Source: Octopus sinensis (taxonomy: Eukaryota). From it: a stretch of DNA of 64,000 bases. Location: the NCBI RefSeq assembly GCF_006345805.1, contig NC_043008.1, positions 38,812,001 to 38,876,000 on the forward strand, in the 5' to 3' direction. Positions 1-12,199 of this stretch are shown one piece after another (positions within the stretch are counted from its first letter, which is position 1; the number at the start of each line of letters is the position of its first letter). Both the position numbers and the translations under genes were made by a program. The notes under the pieces were generated by a model. That model saw nothing but the letters and a program-made list of their open reading frames with translations. It was not told where the DNA came from and made no database searches.

Positions 1-84
1 CAAACATGAGACGCGAGAGCGAAATAAGGGGAGATAATAGGGTTGATAAAAGGGTTGAGGGACCAGCTAAAAGTGCGTGGGAGG

Positions 85-400
85 GGTCTGGATGTGTGTA
101 TGTATAGGGTGGTGTATGTATTAGTATGTATAAGGGTGTGTGCGTGTGTGTGTGTGTGTGTGTATGAGAGAGTATTAGTGCGTAAGATTGGTCTGGACGT
201 GCGTATGTATGGGGTTGGTGTATGTATTAGTATGTATTAGTATGTATTAGTACGTATTGGTATGTATAGGTGTGTGTGTGTGTGTGTGTGAGAGAGTATA
301 AGTGCGTATGCGGGGTCTGGACGTGTGTATGTATAGGGTTGGTGTAAGTATTAGTATGTACTAGTATGTATTAGTACGTATTAGTATGTATTAGTTGGTG
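85..400. repeat. Three diverged tandem units (~105-125 bp) with embedded (GT)n and GTATTAGTAT sub-repeats
   Basis: ggtctgga(c/t)gtg..tatgtat(a/g)ggg(t)tggtgta..tattagtatgta recurs at ~86, ~190 and ~314. Confidence 0.8.
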
Positions 401-459
401 TGTGTATTAGTATGGCACATCATATGTGATGTGATGTGTAAAGTCATGTGGTGTAGTGA

Positions 460-812
460 GGAGAAGAGGGGGAGGGGGAGAAGAGGGGGAGAGAAGGGGA
501 GGGGAAGAAGAGGGGAGGAGAAGGGGGAAGAGGAGAGGATGGGGGAGAAGGAAGGGGAGGAGGGGGATGAAGGAGGAAAGAGGGAGAGGGGGAGAGAGGG
601 AGTGAGGGAGCAGAGGGAAGGGAAGAGGGAGGGAGAAAGAGGGAAGAAGGGAAGGGGAGTAGGGGTGAAAGGATGAAGGACTGAAGAAGTAGGGGTCGGG
701 GGGAGAAAGGATAGGTGAGGAGGGGGGAGAGGGGGGGTTAGATGAGGAGGGGGGAGAGGGGGGGTTAGATGAGGAGGGGGGAGAGGGGGGGTTAGATGAG
801 GAGGGGGGAGAG
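460..812 (+). repeat. Purine-rich GA/G tract ending in ~3 copies of a 27-bp G-run unit (G-quadruplex potential)
   Basis: gatgaggaggggggagagggggggtta repeated at ~720-812; G6 and G7 runs in each unit. Confidence 0.8.
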
Positions 813-880
813 TTGAGACCAAATGGCGTATAAGAGCGAAGAGAGAAGATTAATTCCTGTTCACGGCGCAAACGGGAATC

Positions 881-921
<41 letters not shown>

Positions 922-1360
922 AATTGGCTGTGAGTACACATTAGTGACAAGACCCAGAAGAGGCTGAAATAAGTCTAGAGCTTTTGATAGCAGCTGCTGG
1001 GGCCAATCTTCCCTCTCCCTTTGATATATATTGTGTCTTCTAACACCGTACGTATGTAAGAAATTTCATTTCAGAAGGAAATCACTCTTTCTTGCCTGTC
1101 ACCTCTTTATATAAATTTATTGTCATACACAGATAGCTATTTTAACTTAATATTATTTCAATTGCATGCACGAGATTTTCATGTTAATTAGGTTTTTAAT
1201 TAACAAAACTCCACATATAGTTAATGTTGAATGAGACGTCTGAAAGAACGTTCATATTATGTGCATCGGATCGAGACAGAAAGACAAAATGTTTAACATT
1301 AACACTTAGCGTATTTAAAGAGCTTTCATTTCCAGTAGCAATTTTATTGTAGCAGATGTA

Positions 1361-2590
1361 TCCGGCTAAGTAAAAAAGGAAGCAACGTTTTGAAACATGA
1401 ATTTCATCACAATATATTTCAACAATGCGGAACTTTTATTCATCAAAGTAAGTACCATTAGGATCAACGCATTTATGCCAACGAGTTACAAGTTTGTTTA
1501 TTCCGGAAACATAAAAATCGGGAGTTCGGGAACTGATGAACTCTTTGAACGCACTTTCAACATCAGTTTGATTTTTGAGCTTCTTCTCTCGCAGGAAACC
1601 GTCAAGGTACTTGAAGAAGTGGTAGTCGGTAGAAGAAAGGTCTGGGGAATAAGCTGGGTGCGGAAGAACTCCACAGCCAATTCTGTCAACTTTAGGAGTG
1701 TCATTAGTGAAATGTGTGGTCGAGCATTGTCATTTAAGAATGATTGGCCTTTTTTTGTTGACCTGTCTGGGACAGATGAATAGCAGTTTATCGTTCATTT
1801 TGGCAATTTCATTGCAACATGTAATGGTTTTTCCAGGTTTTAAGAAGTTATAGTGGTTAAGTCCTTTTGAAGGGCTCGGGTCTAGAGAAATTTTCTGATG
1901 CTTCATTTTGGTCTAACCACTGTGACGAACGTTTTTTTGTTATTGTACAGAGCCCACTTTTCATCGCAAGTTACAATACGATGGAGAAATGGATCGGTCT
2001 AGTTAGAGAAAAGCTACGAGCAAATTTCATATCTGCGCATTTTCTGACTTTCATTCAAATCATGTGGTACCCTTTTGTCGAGATTTTTTTATTTACCGAT
2101 TGCATGCAAATGGTTGCAAGTAGTTTACTCGCTATCTTGAAGTTATTTTGCCAGTTCTCAAATGGTTTTACTTGGATCATTCTCAATGACGGTCTTTAAT
2201 TGAACTTCATCGATGACAGCTGGGCGTCCACTGCGCTCACGCTCTTCAAGGCTCATGTCTCCACTGCGAAATCGTTAAAAAACCTTTTGTAGCTGACCAC
2301 ACACTGGTCAAACGTTTCGTTACTATCGTGAGCAGTTTCAGCTGCTTTATATCCTTTTCTGAAGTTGAATAGTAAAATTGCTCGAATATCGCACTTTGAT
2401 AATTCCATTTCAGGTGATTGTAACTACGATGAAAAAAAATCAATGTTAATTTATTGATGCATTTGGGCAAGGCTATGTCTGTATTATCAGACAATTGCAA
2501 AAAATGTTTAAAAAGAAAATCAAAACTCTGCAAAAATCCGGTACAAATTCCTCATGGTTCAAAACGTTGCTTACTTTTCACTTAACCTGA
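1361..2590 (-). mobile_element. Full-length decayed mariner (Tc1/mariner) DNA transposon
   Basis: ~40-bp imperfect TIRs: tccggctaagtaaaaaaggaagcaacgttttgaaacatga versus the reverse complement of the right end, tcaggttaagtgaaaagtaagcaacgttttgaaccatga. TA at 1359-1360 and 2591-2592. Transposase remnant inside. Confidence 0.93.
1436..2408 (-). pseudogene. Mariner transposase pseudogene (stops and frameshifts)
   Basis: Manual translation gives MELSKCDIRAILLFNFRKGYKAAETA..., RSGDMSLEERERSGRP, RVPHDL (WVPHEL-like), RIVTCDEKW, DNARPH, HPAYSPDLSSTDYHFF and RWHKCVDPNGTYFDE*, all classic mariner motifs. Confidence 0.93.
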
Positions 2591-3042
2591 TATTTAACTA
2601 CTGTAAGAAACCATCTTTAAAAATTTATGATTTTTTTAACCTTTATCACTTTATCTGTTTTCTCATTTAAACAATGACAACAAAACTATTAACAGAGATA
2701 TCAGAAGATGATATAGTGTTTATTGTGTGGAAAAATTGTTCCTATCAAAAAGAAGGAAGGGCGATAACAAATGCAAACCAAAACACGCCAGGGATTTGAA
2801 CTGGCTAAATTTATTATTATAAAACACCTGGTATTGTTCAATAAAAAAAAATGGAACATTCAATAGAACTTCAAGTATGTTTTTCTTGGCATGAAAATCT
2901 AACAAATTATTAGACGCTAAAATTAGTTTACAAAGTGATTGCATTTTTACTATGCAGTTGTATCGTTCTTTTTCTACACAAAACGCCTGTATTTCACGGT
3001 TCCTGGTCAAATTTGTGTGCCCAGTCAATATCGCAGGGAACG

Positions 3043-3654
3043 AAGGCAGCGAGCTGGCAAAAACGTTAGCACGCCGGGCGAAATGCTTAGCAGTATTTCG
3101 TCTGCCGGTACGTTCTGAGTTCAAATTCCGCCGAGGTCGACTTTGCCTTTCATCCTTTCGGGGTCGATTAAATAAGTACCAGTTACGCATTGGGGTCGAT
3201 GTAATCGACCTAATTCGTTTGTCTATTCTTGTTTGTCCTCTCTGTGTTTAGCCCCTTGTGGGTAGTAAAGAAATAGGTATTTCGTCTGCCGCTACGTTCT
3301 GAGTTCAAATTCCGCCGAGGTCGACTTTGCCTTTCATCCTTTCAGGGTCGATTAAATAAGTACCAGTTACGCACTGGGGTCGATATATAAGACTTAATCC
3401 CTTTGCCTGTCCTTGTTTGCTATCTCTATGTTTAGCCCATTGTGGGCAATAAAGAAAGAAACGTTAGCCTGCCGGGCGAAATGCTTCGCGATATTTCGTC
3501 TGTCTTTACTTTCTGAGTTTAAATTCCGCCGAGGTCGACTTTGCCTTTCATCCTTTCGGGGTCGATAAATTAAGTACCAGTTGCGTATTGGGGGTCGATC
3601 TAATCGACTGGCCTCCTCCTCCAAAATTTCCAGCCTTGTGCCTAGAGTAGAAAA
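3043..3654 (+). mobile_element. SINE family A trimer inside one 16-bp TSD
   Basis: Head aggcagcgagctggca..gttagcacgccgggcg; three bodies ttctgagttcaaattccgccgaggtcgactttgcctttcatcctttcggggtcga. TSD aatatc(g/a)cagggaacg at 3027-3042 and 3655-3670. Confidence 0.88.
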
Positions 3655-4520
3655 AATATCACAGGGAACGGAATGGTGTTTACTAAATAAAAGGACTCTC
3701 AGGTTTACTAATGACATATTTATAAAGATACAATATTCATTTTACGCTACAAATAAAAAACAAACTTCGTTCTTGTACACGTCTGAAATTGAAATTTGTT
3801 CTTTTATTTCTTCTTGTCTAGCTTGTATCAGATAAGGGTCAATAACGATAATAGCACTTGTTGATTGTGTAGCAATGTATAATTCCGTATCGGAAAAATC
3901 AATCCCTATTTTCGTCGTGGTCTCGGTGACAATACCTTTGCAAACGAATTTGAGTTACGTTGTTGTATAACCGATATCTCGTTTCCAACAGTTAATATGA
4001 GACGTACTATAATTCATTTTTTTGTTGTCTGAATAGCTTTCGCCGATGCTGTCTTATCCACGGATGGCCATATTTTGGCCTTGCGATTGCTCAGTTGTCT
4101 TACGATGCCATCGTACATTTGAGAAGCTGTTGCTACTGCTGATGACTGGAAGACCTCAACAACCAGATACACGGAAATTGAAAACCGGGGAATAACAGAT
4201 TTCTTTTCTTTTTTTTCGGATTAATATGCAGTTGCTATGGTTGTCTACAAATAAATTAAGATATTTGGATTACTTCACGAATTATCAGTTATGAATTAAG
4301 CTATCGCAGTTTTACAGCACAGAACAAAAACTTGGAATGTATAATGGCATATAATCGAAAAAGAGCAGTAAAAGATTCAAAGGCTCACGTACACACGCAA
4401 ATATATAGGTACTTACTCACACACACATGCACAAACATACGTACATTGACACACAAACACACTCACACACATATATATGTGTGTATGTGTGTGTATGAAT
4501 GATTCTGCATGTCTGTCTTT

Positions 4521-4551
<31 letters not shown>

Positions 4552-4740
4552 ACTGCGTGCATGTGTGCCTCTGCGTGTATGCCTCTGTATGTGTGTGCCT
4601 CTGTAAGTGTGTGTTTGTGTTTACGTACGCGTATGTGATTACCCACCTTTCCACAACTACTGTGACGATATAACTGCAGGCTGAATCGCGTCAGAATCAC
4701 CATCTCAGACCATTGTCTTTGTACGGCACCTGCTTATTGG

Positions 4741-4741
4741 C

Positions 4742-4808
<67 letters not shown>

Positions 4809-4810
4809 AT
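4741..4810. repeat. (AGT)n microsatellite
   Basis: ~23 perfect agt units. Confidence 0.95.
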
Positions 4811-5075
4811 TTTTTCTTTCTTTATTGGCCACCAGGGCCGAACGATACACAGACGAAGGACAGTGAGATTAAACGAGTAAACAGCCAAGAAACACAACGA
4901 TTAACAAAGAGATTAAATCAACAATATGCTTCCCCAATATGAGGGAGTGCCACCATAAGGTGACCAAAGAGACCTCATGCACTTTGGACCCCTTAACACC
5001 AACGGCTCGTCAGGAAGGTATCCTTTCTTCTCCTTTCCTTCTGGCTTACAGGCACAAACTTAGAGTTGGCCATTT

Positions 5076-5380
5076 GGATCTTTTCCTTTTGAATGGCAGA
5101 TCGAGAAATTATTTTTTTGTAACTAAACACTTTCAAACTTCGGACACTGGTAGAATGTGTCACATAAAACATCTTTTACTCTTAATGTTGTTGAGAAAAG
5201 TTTATATTTTAAAAGTTATTTCGTATTAAATTAGTCATATTTCGGTAATTTCAACCAGTCAATGACTTGTATTCAGCTGAATAAAATTACTGCCGTTGTT
5301 TGTCAACAACAACTTGTTGAGACATCGATAGATCAGTTTTTCTGCGATCTGAATCTTTCCGTAAAACGGCAGAACAAAGA
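5076..5380. mobile_element. Degenerate MITE related to the 13628-14048 element
   Basis: Left end ggatcttttccttttgaatggcag; internal actggtagaatgtgt..acatctttt and caatttcaaccaatca-like blocks shared with 13628-14048. Confidence 0.55.
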
Positions 5381-6130
5381 TATTAGGTTTCACCAGGCGT
5401 TTTTTTAAATTATTCCTAAACTCATGTTATTCGAAAGTGTATTCCACCAATCTGTTTTGAGTAATTGTGGTGAAAGATGTGCTGTTGGTCTTGTTGTTGT
5501 AAGTAGGTAGGTAGTAGATGGTGGTAGTGTTGTGATCGTGATTGCTTCGATTTTTCTTCGTAAGAATTTTTCATTCTTTGTTCGTCTTGAAATTTGTTTA
5601 TATTGATAGTAATGGTGGAGGCTTCGATGTTTTCTTTGCTAATTTCTTTCATTTTCAGTTCATCTTCACATCTGTTGTTTTGTTGGTGGTGCTACTGTTA
5701 TTGCTGTTGTTCGTGGTGGTCGTGATAATTTTCCATTTTCTGTTTATCTTCAAATGTATTTTATTTTACGCTGTCGTCTGTTTTCACTGCGACGATATAG
5801 CGCGTCCCACTCATACTTTCCACTTCGTTCTGATAACATTCCTCACACTCTTCCCGTCTCTCTTAATCAAGCGCTTCACCGTGTTGTCTAAAGATTTCTT
5901 CATAGAGAGAGAAAACAAATTTTCATTACAGAGACGAAGGTAAATGGAAATGTCTCCCAAAAATGGGAGGCGAAGTATGAAAACAAATTCTTCAGTTAAC
6001 AGCAAACAACTTGTCTCTTGCGATGGTTTCAGATTCAAAACTAAATGCAAAAGGTTTCCGTGAATTGTACTCGATACATGTAAGAAAATTACAGAGCTGA
6101 TAATGAACATAATTTTCGCGGCTGAAAGCA

Positions 6131-6156
6131 ATAATAATAATAATAATAATAATAAT

Positions 6157-6210
<54 letters not shown>
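6131..6210. repeat. (AAT)n microsatellite
   Basis: Direct reading. Confidence 0.95.
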
Positions 6211-6211
<1 letters not shown>

Positions 6212-6214
6212 TAT

Positions 6215-6621
6215 AGGCGCAGGAGTGGCTGAGTGGTAAGTAGCTTGCTAACCAACCACATGGTTCTGGGTTCAGTTCCACTGCGTGGCACCTTGAGCAA
6301 GTGTCTTCTGCTATAGCCCCGGGCCGACCAATGCCTTGTGAGTGAATTTGGTGGACGGAGGCTGAAAGAAGCCTGTCGTATATATGTATATATATGTATA
6401 TGTATGTGTGTGTTTGTGTGTCTGTGTTTGTCCCCCTAGCATTGCTTGACAACCGATGCTGGTGTGTTTACATCCCCGTCACTCAGCGGTTCGGCAAAAG
6501 AGACGATAGAATAAGTACTGGGCTTACAAAGAATAAGTCCCGGGGTCGATTAGCTCGACTAAAGGCAGTGCTCCAGCATGGCCGCAGTCATATGACTGAA
6601 ACAAGTAAAAGAGTAAAAGAG
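6215..6621 (+). mobile_element. SINE family B (tRNA head, CORE-like ccttg(a/g)gcaagt block, internal (TA)/(TG) tract, LINE-like tail)
   Basis: A-box-like agtggctgagtgg and B-box-like gggttcagttcc; tail gcagtgctccagcatggccgcagtc..actgaaacaagtaaaagagtaaaagag; near-identical copies at 22856 and 55372. Confidence 0.9.
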
Positions 6622-6629
6622 TATATTCA

Positions 6630-9600
6630 TAATTACCTCCGTTTTTCACAGGAGTGTCCGCAGAACCACTGAATGGAACAGTGAAAATGAAGCTGGACCT
6701 TTAAGGGAAGGCCTCTCGCTCGGCAGTGATTCAGTAAAGATGCAGACTGACCACAGCTGTTATCCTAATACAGCATCAGCAGATAATTGAGTAAGGAGGC
6801 GGAAGTGGACCAGCGAAGAAAACAGGATAGTGGTGCGGTGCTACTAAGACAGTGAGCCTAAAAGAATGGGGTATAGAAAATGGATGTTAATACTTTGGGT
6901 AGAGAAGGCTATGCTTAAAGCGACTGAGCAGAGATTATTAAGAGAAAAATGTGGATGACAGAATTGGGGGTGGAAGAGATCATAAGAGAACGGGAAAAGA
7001 AAGACCAGGCAGTAGGAAAGACAAACAACAACATAAGAGATACAACTCACGCCAAAGAAGAACCTAAAGGAAAAAAATTAATAATAGCGCTAGTAATAAG
7101 GAAAGGACAACGGGTGCCAACGACTTAAGTGATTTCAGTGAGGAAGATCAGAAGATTTTTGATGAAGTGCAGGAAGTAAAGAGTAAAGAAGAAGGAATAA
7201 GAGTGCCAGCATTAAAAGACACCAACAGAAGGAAGCTACAAGAAATTACTCGGAAAGTAGATTCTGCTATCAGCAGAATAGATACTAAAAAATATAGGAG
7301 ACGCTAACTCATTGGTCTCAGCAGGAGGAGTAGTAATTGCTAGCAGATCAGATATTCCACAAGAAAGATTAAAGAACTAATGTGAAAAAAGAGATTACAA
7401 AATAAAGTGAAGACTTTAAGACAAGATCTAAGTAGAATTAAAGTCTGGAAACTGAACAAGTTAGGAAACAAAAGATACAGATCTTCTCTTAAGAAAATAC
7501 ACTTTTCAAAGAGAAAGGATTCTCTTAGTCAAAGAGAAAGTCATAGAAGAGTTGAAACAGCGTATCATAGCAGTGGCAGGTAAGATCTCCAGAGATCAGA
7601 AAAAAAAGATCAGTATCTACAGAATAGATTATTTGAGACAGACCAGAGTCGATTTTATAACTGAAAATGGGAACCTAATGAAGAAGAAACTAGAAAGTTC
7701 TTGAGTAATATTTGGAATAAATCAGTCAATTATAATGGAGATACAGTATGGTTGAAGAAAGTGAGTGAGAAGCTGCTGGATCTAAGAGTAACTAGTACAT
7801 TAATGAGTAAAGTGTTAGGAAAAATGCCGGGTTCGAAGGGCCCAGGAACAGATTTAGTTCAAGGGTACTGGGTAAAGAAATTTAGTAGTTTACATGGAAG
7901 GCTGAGAGAACAACTTCAGGATTGCCTTAATGGAAGAATAATACCAAATTGGATGGCTAGAGGGAGGACAATGCTTCTTGTGAAAGTTAAGAGCAAGAGT
8001 AATACAGCTAGCAATTATAGACGAATCACTTGCTTACCATTAGTGTGGAAGCTGTTAACAAGAATGCTTTCAGAAAGCATTTACGAGAGCCTTGACAACC
8101 AGAATTTACTGCAAGAAGAACAAAAAGGTTGCAGGAAGAAGGCTATAGGAACGCATGATCTATTATGCATAAACAAAGCAGTTCTAAATGAAGTAAAAGC
8201 TAGAAGGAAAAAATCTAACAATGGCATGGATAGATTATAGGGAATCCTATGGCATGATCCCACACTCATGGATAAATGAATGTTTAGGTATAGTCAGTAT
8301 AGCATAGGACATAACAGGAAGTAGTTTTAGCATGAAGAAATTGAAAGTAGATATCTACTCAGGTGATACACTTTTAGGGAAAATTAATATCATAAGAGGA
8401 ATTTTCCAGCGGGACACGTTGTACCCGATAATATTTGTCTTATATTTGATCCCTGTCAGTTTGTGGTGGCGCAATGGCCCAGTGGTTAGGGCAGCGGACT
8501 CGCGGTCGTAGGATCGCGGTTTCGATTCCCAGACTGGGCGTTGTGAGTGTTTATTGAGCGAAAACACCTAAAGCTCCACGTGGTTCCGGCAGGGATGGTG
8601 GTGATCCCTGCTGTACTCTTTCACCACAACTTTCTCTCACTCTTACTTCCTGTTTCTGTTGTACCTGTATTTCAAAGGGCCGGCCTTGTCACTCTCTGTG
8701 TCACGCTGAATATCACCGAGAACTACGTTAAGGGTACACGTGTCTGTGGAGTGCTCAGCCACTTACACGTTAATTTCACGAGCAGGCTGTGACCGACGGA
8801 GTGCTTCCCTCCTGTCAGTTTAGTATTAATGAAGGCAAAGGCAGAAAAATTAACATTATGTAATGGAAAAATTAACCATTTGTTCTACATGGAGTAAAAA
8901 GAGATAGAATCCTTAATACAGACTCTAAGACTTTTAAGTAGAGAGATAGGTATGGAATTTGGCATAGTCATGAGAAGGGTACAGGTAGTCAGCAGTGAAG
9001 GCATCCAATTACCAGATGACCAGACATTAAAATCATTGATAGGAGGAGATAATTATTAGCATCCAGGAGTATTAGAATCTAACAGACTACCAGCTCTAGA
9101 AAGGAACAAATGAAAATTGAGGAGCACATCAGAGTGAGGAAGCTAATGAAGTCAAAGCTAAATGGTCCGTATCTAGTGAAGGCTGTAAGTACATGGGCAG
9201 TATCATTATTTAGATATTCAGCAGCGTTTGTAGATTGGACAAAAACTGAATTAACAAAGCTAGACAGACAACTAGGAAGGAATTTAATATGAATGGAGGA
9301 CTCCATCCAAAAGCAGGAGTAGCAAGATTATACTTACTTAGAAAGGAAAGCTAGAGAGGGTTAATATTAGTAGAAGACTGCGTGGAGTTAGCTAGTGTAG
9401 ATATAGACTCTTATATTAGTAATAGTGAAGAAAGTCTACTAAAAGCAAGACGGAAGGAAACCAAAAAACATAAACAAACTTAAAAACCAGAAAAATGAAC
9501 AGGAGGAGGGGGAGGAGGGGAATGAGGAGGAGGAGTGGAAGAAGGGATAGGAGGTGGAGGGGGAGGAGGGGAAGAAGGGATAGGAGGTGGAGGAGGAGGA

Positions 9601-10295
9601 GGAGGAGAAGAAGAAGAAGAAGAAGAAGAAGAAAGTATAAGCCATATTATTAGTGAGTATTGTAAGCTTGCACAACGCGAATACAAAAGGAGACACGACA
9701 ATGTGGTCAGGTATGTCCACTGGCTGTGGTGCTGCAGTTAAACAAACCTCGAGAGCGCCAACCAATGGTATGAAAAACAAGCCAGAAGGAATAATGGAAA
9801 AGAAACATTGCAATATACTCCGGGATTTTAACATGCAGTGCGACCAAGTCATAGAGGCGAGACGACCAGATATTGTGCTCATCCATAAAGATGAAAAAGA
9901 AGTAAAGACAATAGATGTTGCAATCCCAGACGATTCAAGGATGAAAGGTAAGGAAAGAGAAAAGATTGAGAAACACCAGCCACTGTGGGACGAGGAAGAA
10001 AAGTTGTGGTGCATGAGGAAAGTAATGGTGACGCTGGTGGTGATTGGAGCATTAGGAGCTGCTTCCAAGGGCTTTGAAAACATTAAAAATATTCGAGCTG
10101 TAGTCAGGCTCGAGATGATCCAGAAGACAGCATTGTTGGGTACAGAAGACGGCATTCTAAGGAGAGTATTGTCTCTTTGAGTCACAGGAGAAGGTACTAC
10201 TTGAAACCTTTGGTGATTTGTTATTGCCTCCTTTCAAGTAAAGAATAACCGGTAATTACAAACTATCCGAGAGTCTTTCAGAATAGACAAAATAA
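6630..10295 (+). mobile_element. Near full-length decayed R4/Dong-type non-LTR retrotransposon (RT plus restriction-like endonuclease)
   Basis: N-terminal RRRKWTSEENRIVVRCY..GYRKWM..TEQRL. RT motifs KGPGTDLVQGYW, NYRRITCLPLVWKLLT, EQKGCRK, MAWIDY..MIPHSWI, RGIFQRDTL, INHLFYM, IGMEFGI, KSKLNG..RYSAAFVDW. Zn-knuckle region SHIISE.CKLAQREYKRRHDN. RLE RRPDIV..IDVAIPDD..KEREKIEK. (AAT) tail. Confidence 0.9.
8463..8810 (+). mobile_element. SINE family C (tRNA-derived head) inserted in the R4 RT region, 11-bp TSD
   Basis: tggcccagtgg A box and gtttcgattcc B box; TSD cctgtcagttt at 8452-8462 and 8811-8821; the RT reading resumes after it. Confidence 0.9.
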
Positions 10296-10307
10296 TAATA
10301 AAAATAA

Positions 10308-10887
10308 TGATTTCAAATTTTGCCACACGAGAAGCTTGGGGGAGGGGATTAAGTGGATTACATTGACCCCAGTGTTTCACTGGTACTTATTTCATCGACC
10401 CCAAAAGGATGAAAGACAAAGTCGACCTCGGCGGAATTTGAAGTCAGAACGTAGCGGCAGACGAAATACCTATTTCTATTTCTTTCTTTCTTTTCTATTC
10501 TAGGCACAAGGCCCGAAATTTTGGGGCAGGAGGCTAGTCGCTTAAATCGACCCAGTACGTAACTGGTACTTAATTTATCGACCCGGAAAGGATGAAAGGC
10601 AAAGTCGATTTCGGAGGAATTTGAACTCAGAACGTAGCGGCAAACGAAATACCTATTTCTTTACTAACTACCACAAGGGGCTAAACACAGAGAAGACAAA
10701 CAAAGACAGACAAACGGATTAAGTTGATTATATCGACCCCAGTGCGTAACTGGTACTTATTTAATCGACCCGGAAAGGAGGAAAGGCAAAGTCGACCTCG
10801 GCGGAATTTGAACTCAGAACGTAACGGCAGATGAAGTACCGCTAAGCATTTCGCCCAGCGTGCTAACGATTCTGCCAGCTCGCCGCC
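10308..10887 (-). mobile_element. SINE family A head plus tandem bodies with three different tails
   Basis: The reverse complement shows head ggcggcgagctggcagaatcgttagcacg and repeated bodies joined at aaatag|gtatttcg (~10465, ~10652). Confidence 0.88.
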
Positions 10888-10926
<39 letters not shown>

Positions 10927-10942
10927 TAATAATAATAATAAC

Positions 10943-10990
<48 letters not shown>

Positions 10991-11010
10991 TAATAATAAT
11001 AATAATAACG
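10888..11010. repeat. (AAT)n microsatellite
   Basis: Direct reading. Confidence 0.95.
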
Positions 11011-11710
11011 AATTGACGAATAAATAAACTTGTAATAAAATATATACTATAATAAAATAAATTACGAACTGAATGAATAATATAACAAAACAAAACAAAA
11101 CAAATGAAAATATCAAAAAAGCCATAACTCTCAGTGAATAAACGAGAGAATAATGGTATTTGATGGTATTCCTTACTAGGAGTGTAAGCATGTTTATGGA
11201 CATTATTAGAGACATTCCGTCTGAGAAAAAAATAATAATAAGAGGGGAGGTGTTAATTCATTTTCCACTTGAGTCTAAACGAGAAATATAAATTATGATA
11301 GAAAATATCAATAAATGGAGAAAAACAAGCCCATTTTCTCTTTCCCAGGCTACCCACATCTTCACACTCAATCTCTCTCTCTCTATCTCTATCTCTCCCA
11401 CTTTCTATCTCCCTCCCTGTCTCTCACTCTCTGTCTATCTATCCATCTGCTAGCGGCTATTTTCTCTCGTCTATCACCACCCACGCGCTCTCCGTCCTCG
11501 CCATCTCTTTTTCTGCCAATATTTGTCTGTTTTTTTTTTTTTACCTCTGTTTTATATTTGTATTCTTTTCAATTGTTGCTAGCTTTTTTTTTATATATAT
11601 TTCTATCATACATGCATAGATGCGTGTATAGTGTATATACACACAATGTTTCTCACTCTCCCTTTAACACCCAGACACAGTCAGACAATATATATACGTA
11701 TATATATATA

Positions 11711-11760
<50 letters not shown>

Positions 11761-11761
<1 letters not shown>

Positions 11762-12046
11762 GTACCTATATATAGATAATAGATACATATACAGTCACAC
11801 ACACACATATATACATGAGTGTACCTATATATGTGCTCATATGCATATATATATATGCGTTTGTGTGTATGTTTGTATATATATATATATAATATATATA
11901 TATATATTATATATATATATATATATATATGTACCTATATATAGATAATAGATACATATACAGTCACACACACACATATATACATGAGTGTACCTAATAT
12001 GTGCTCATATGCATATATATATATGCGTTTGTGTGTATGTTGTATA

Positions 12047-12090
<44 letters not shown>
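11761..12090. repeat. ~169-bp tandem duplication of a mosaic microsatellite block
   Basis: tgtacctatatatagataatagatacatatacagtcacacac..catgagtgtacct..gtgctcatatgc at 11761 and 11930. Confidence 0.85.
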
Positions 12091-12091
<1 letters not shown>

Positions 12092-12146
12092 GATATTATA
12101 AAGAGGAGATAGACAGACAGACAGTCAGATAGACAGACAGACAGAC

Positions 12147-12199
<53 letters not shown>

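Noticed and set aside
8463-8540. tRNA genes at SINE heads (also 36090-36168, 43700-43779, 46001-46075, 54905-54979)
   Set aside because: A and B boxes are present, but there is no complete cloverleaf or acceptor stem, and each head continues into a repeat body.
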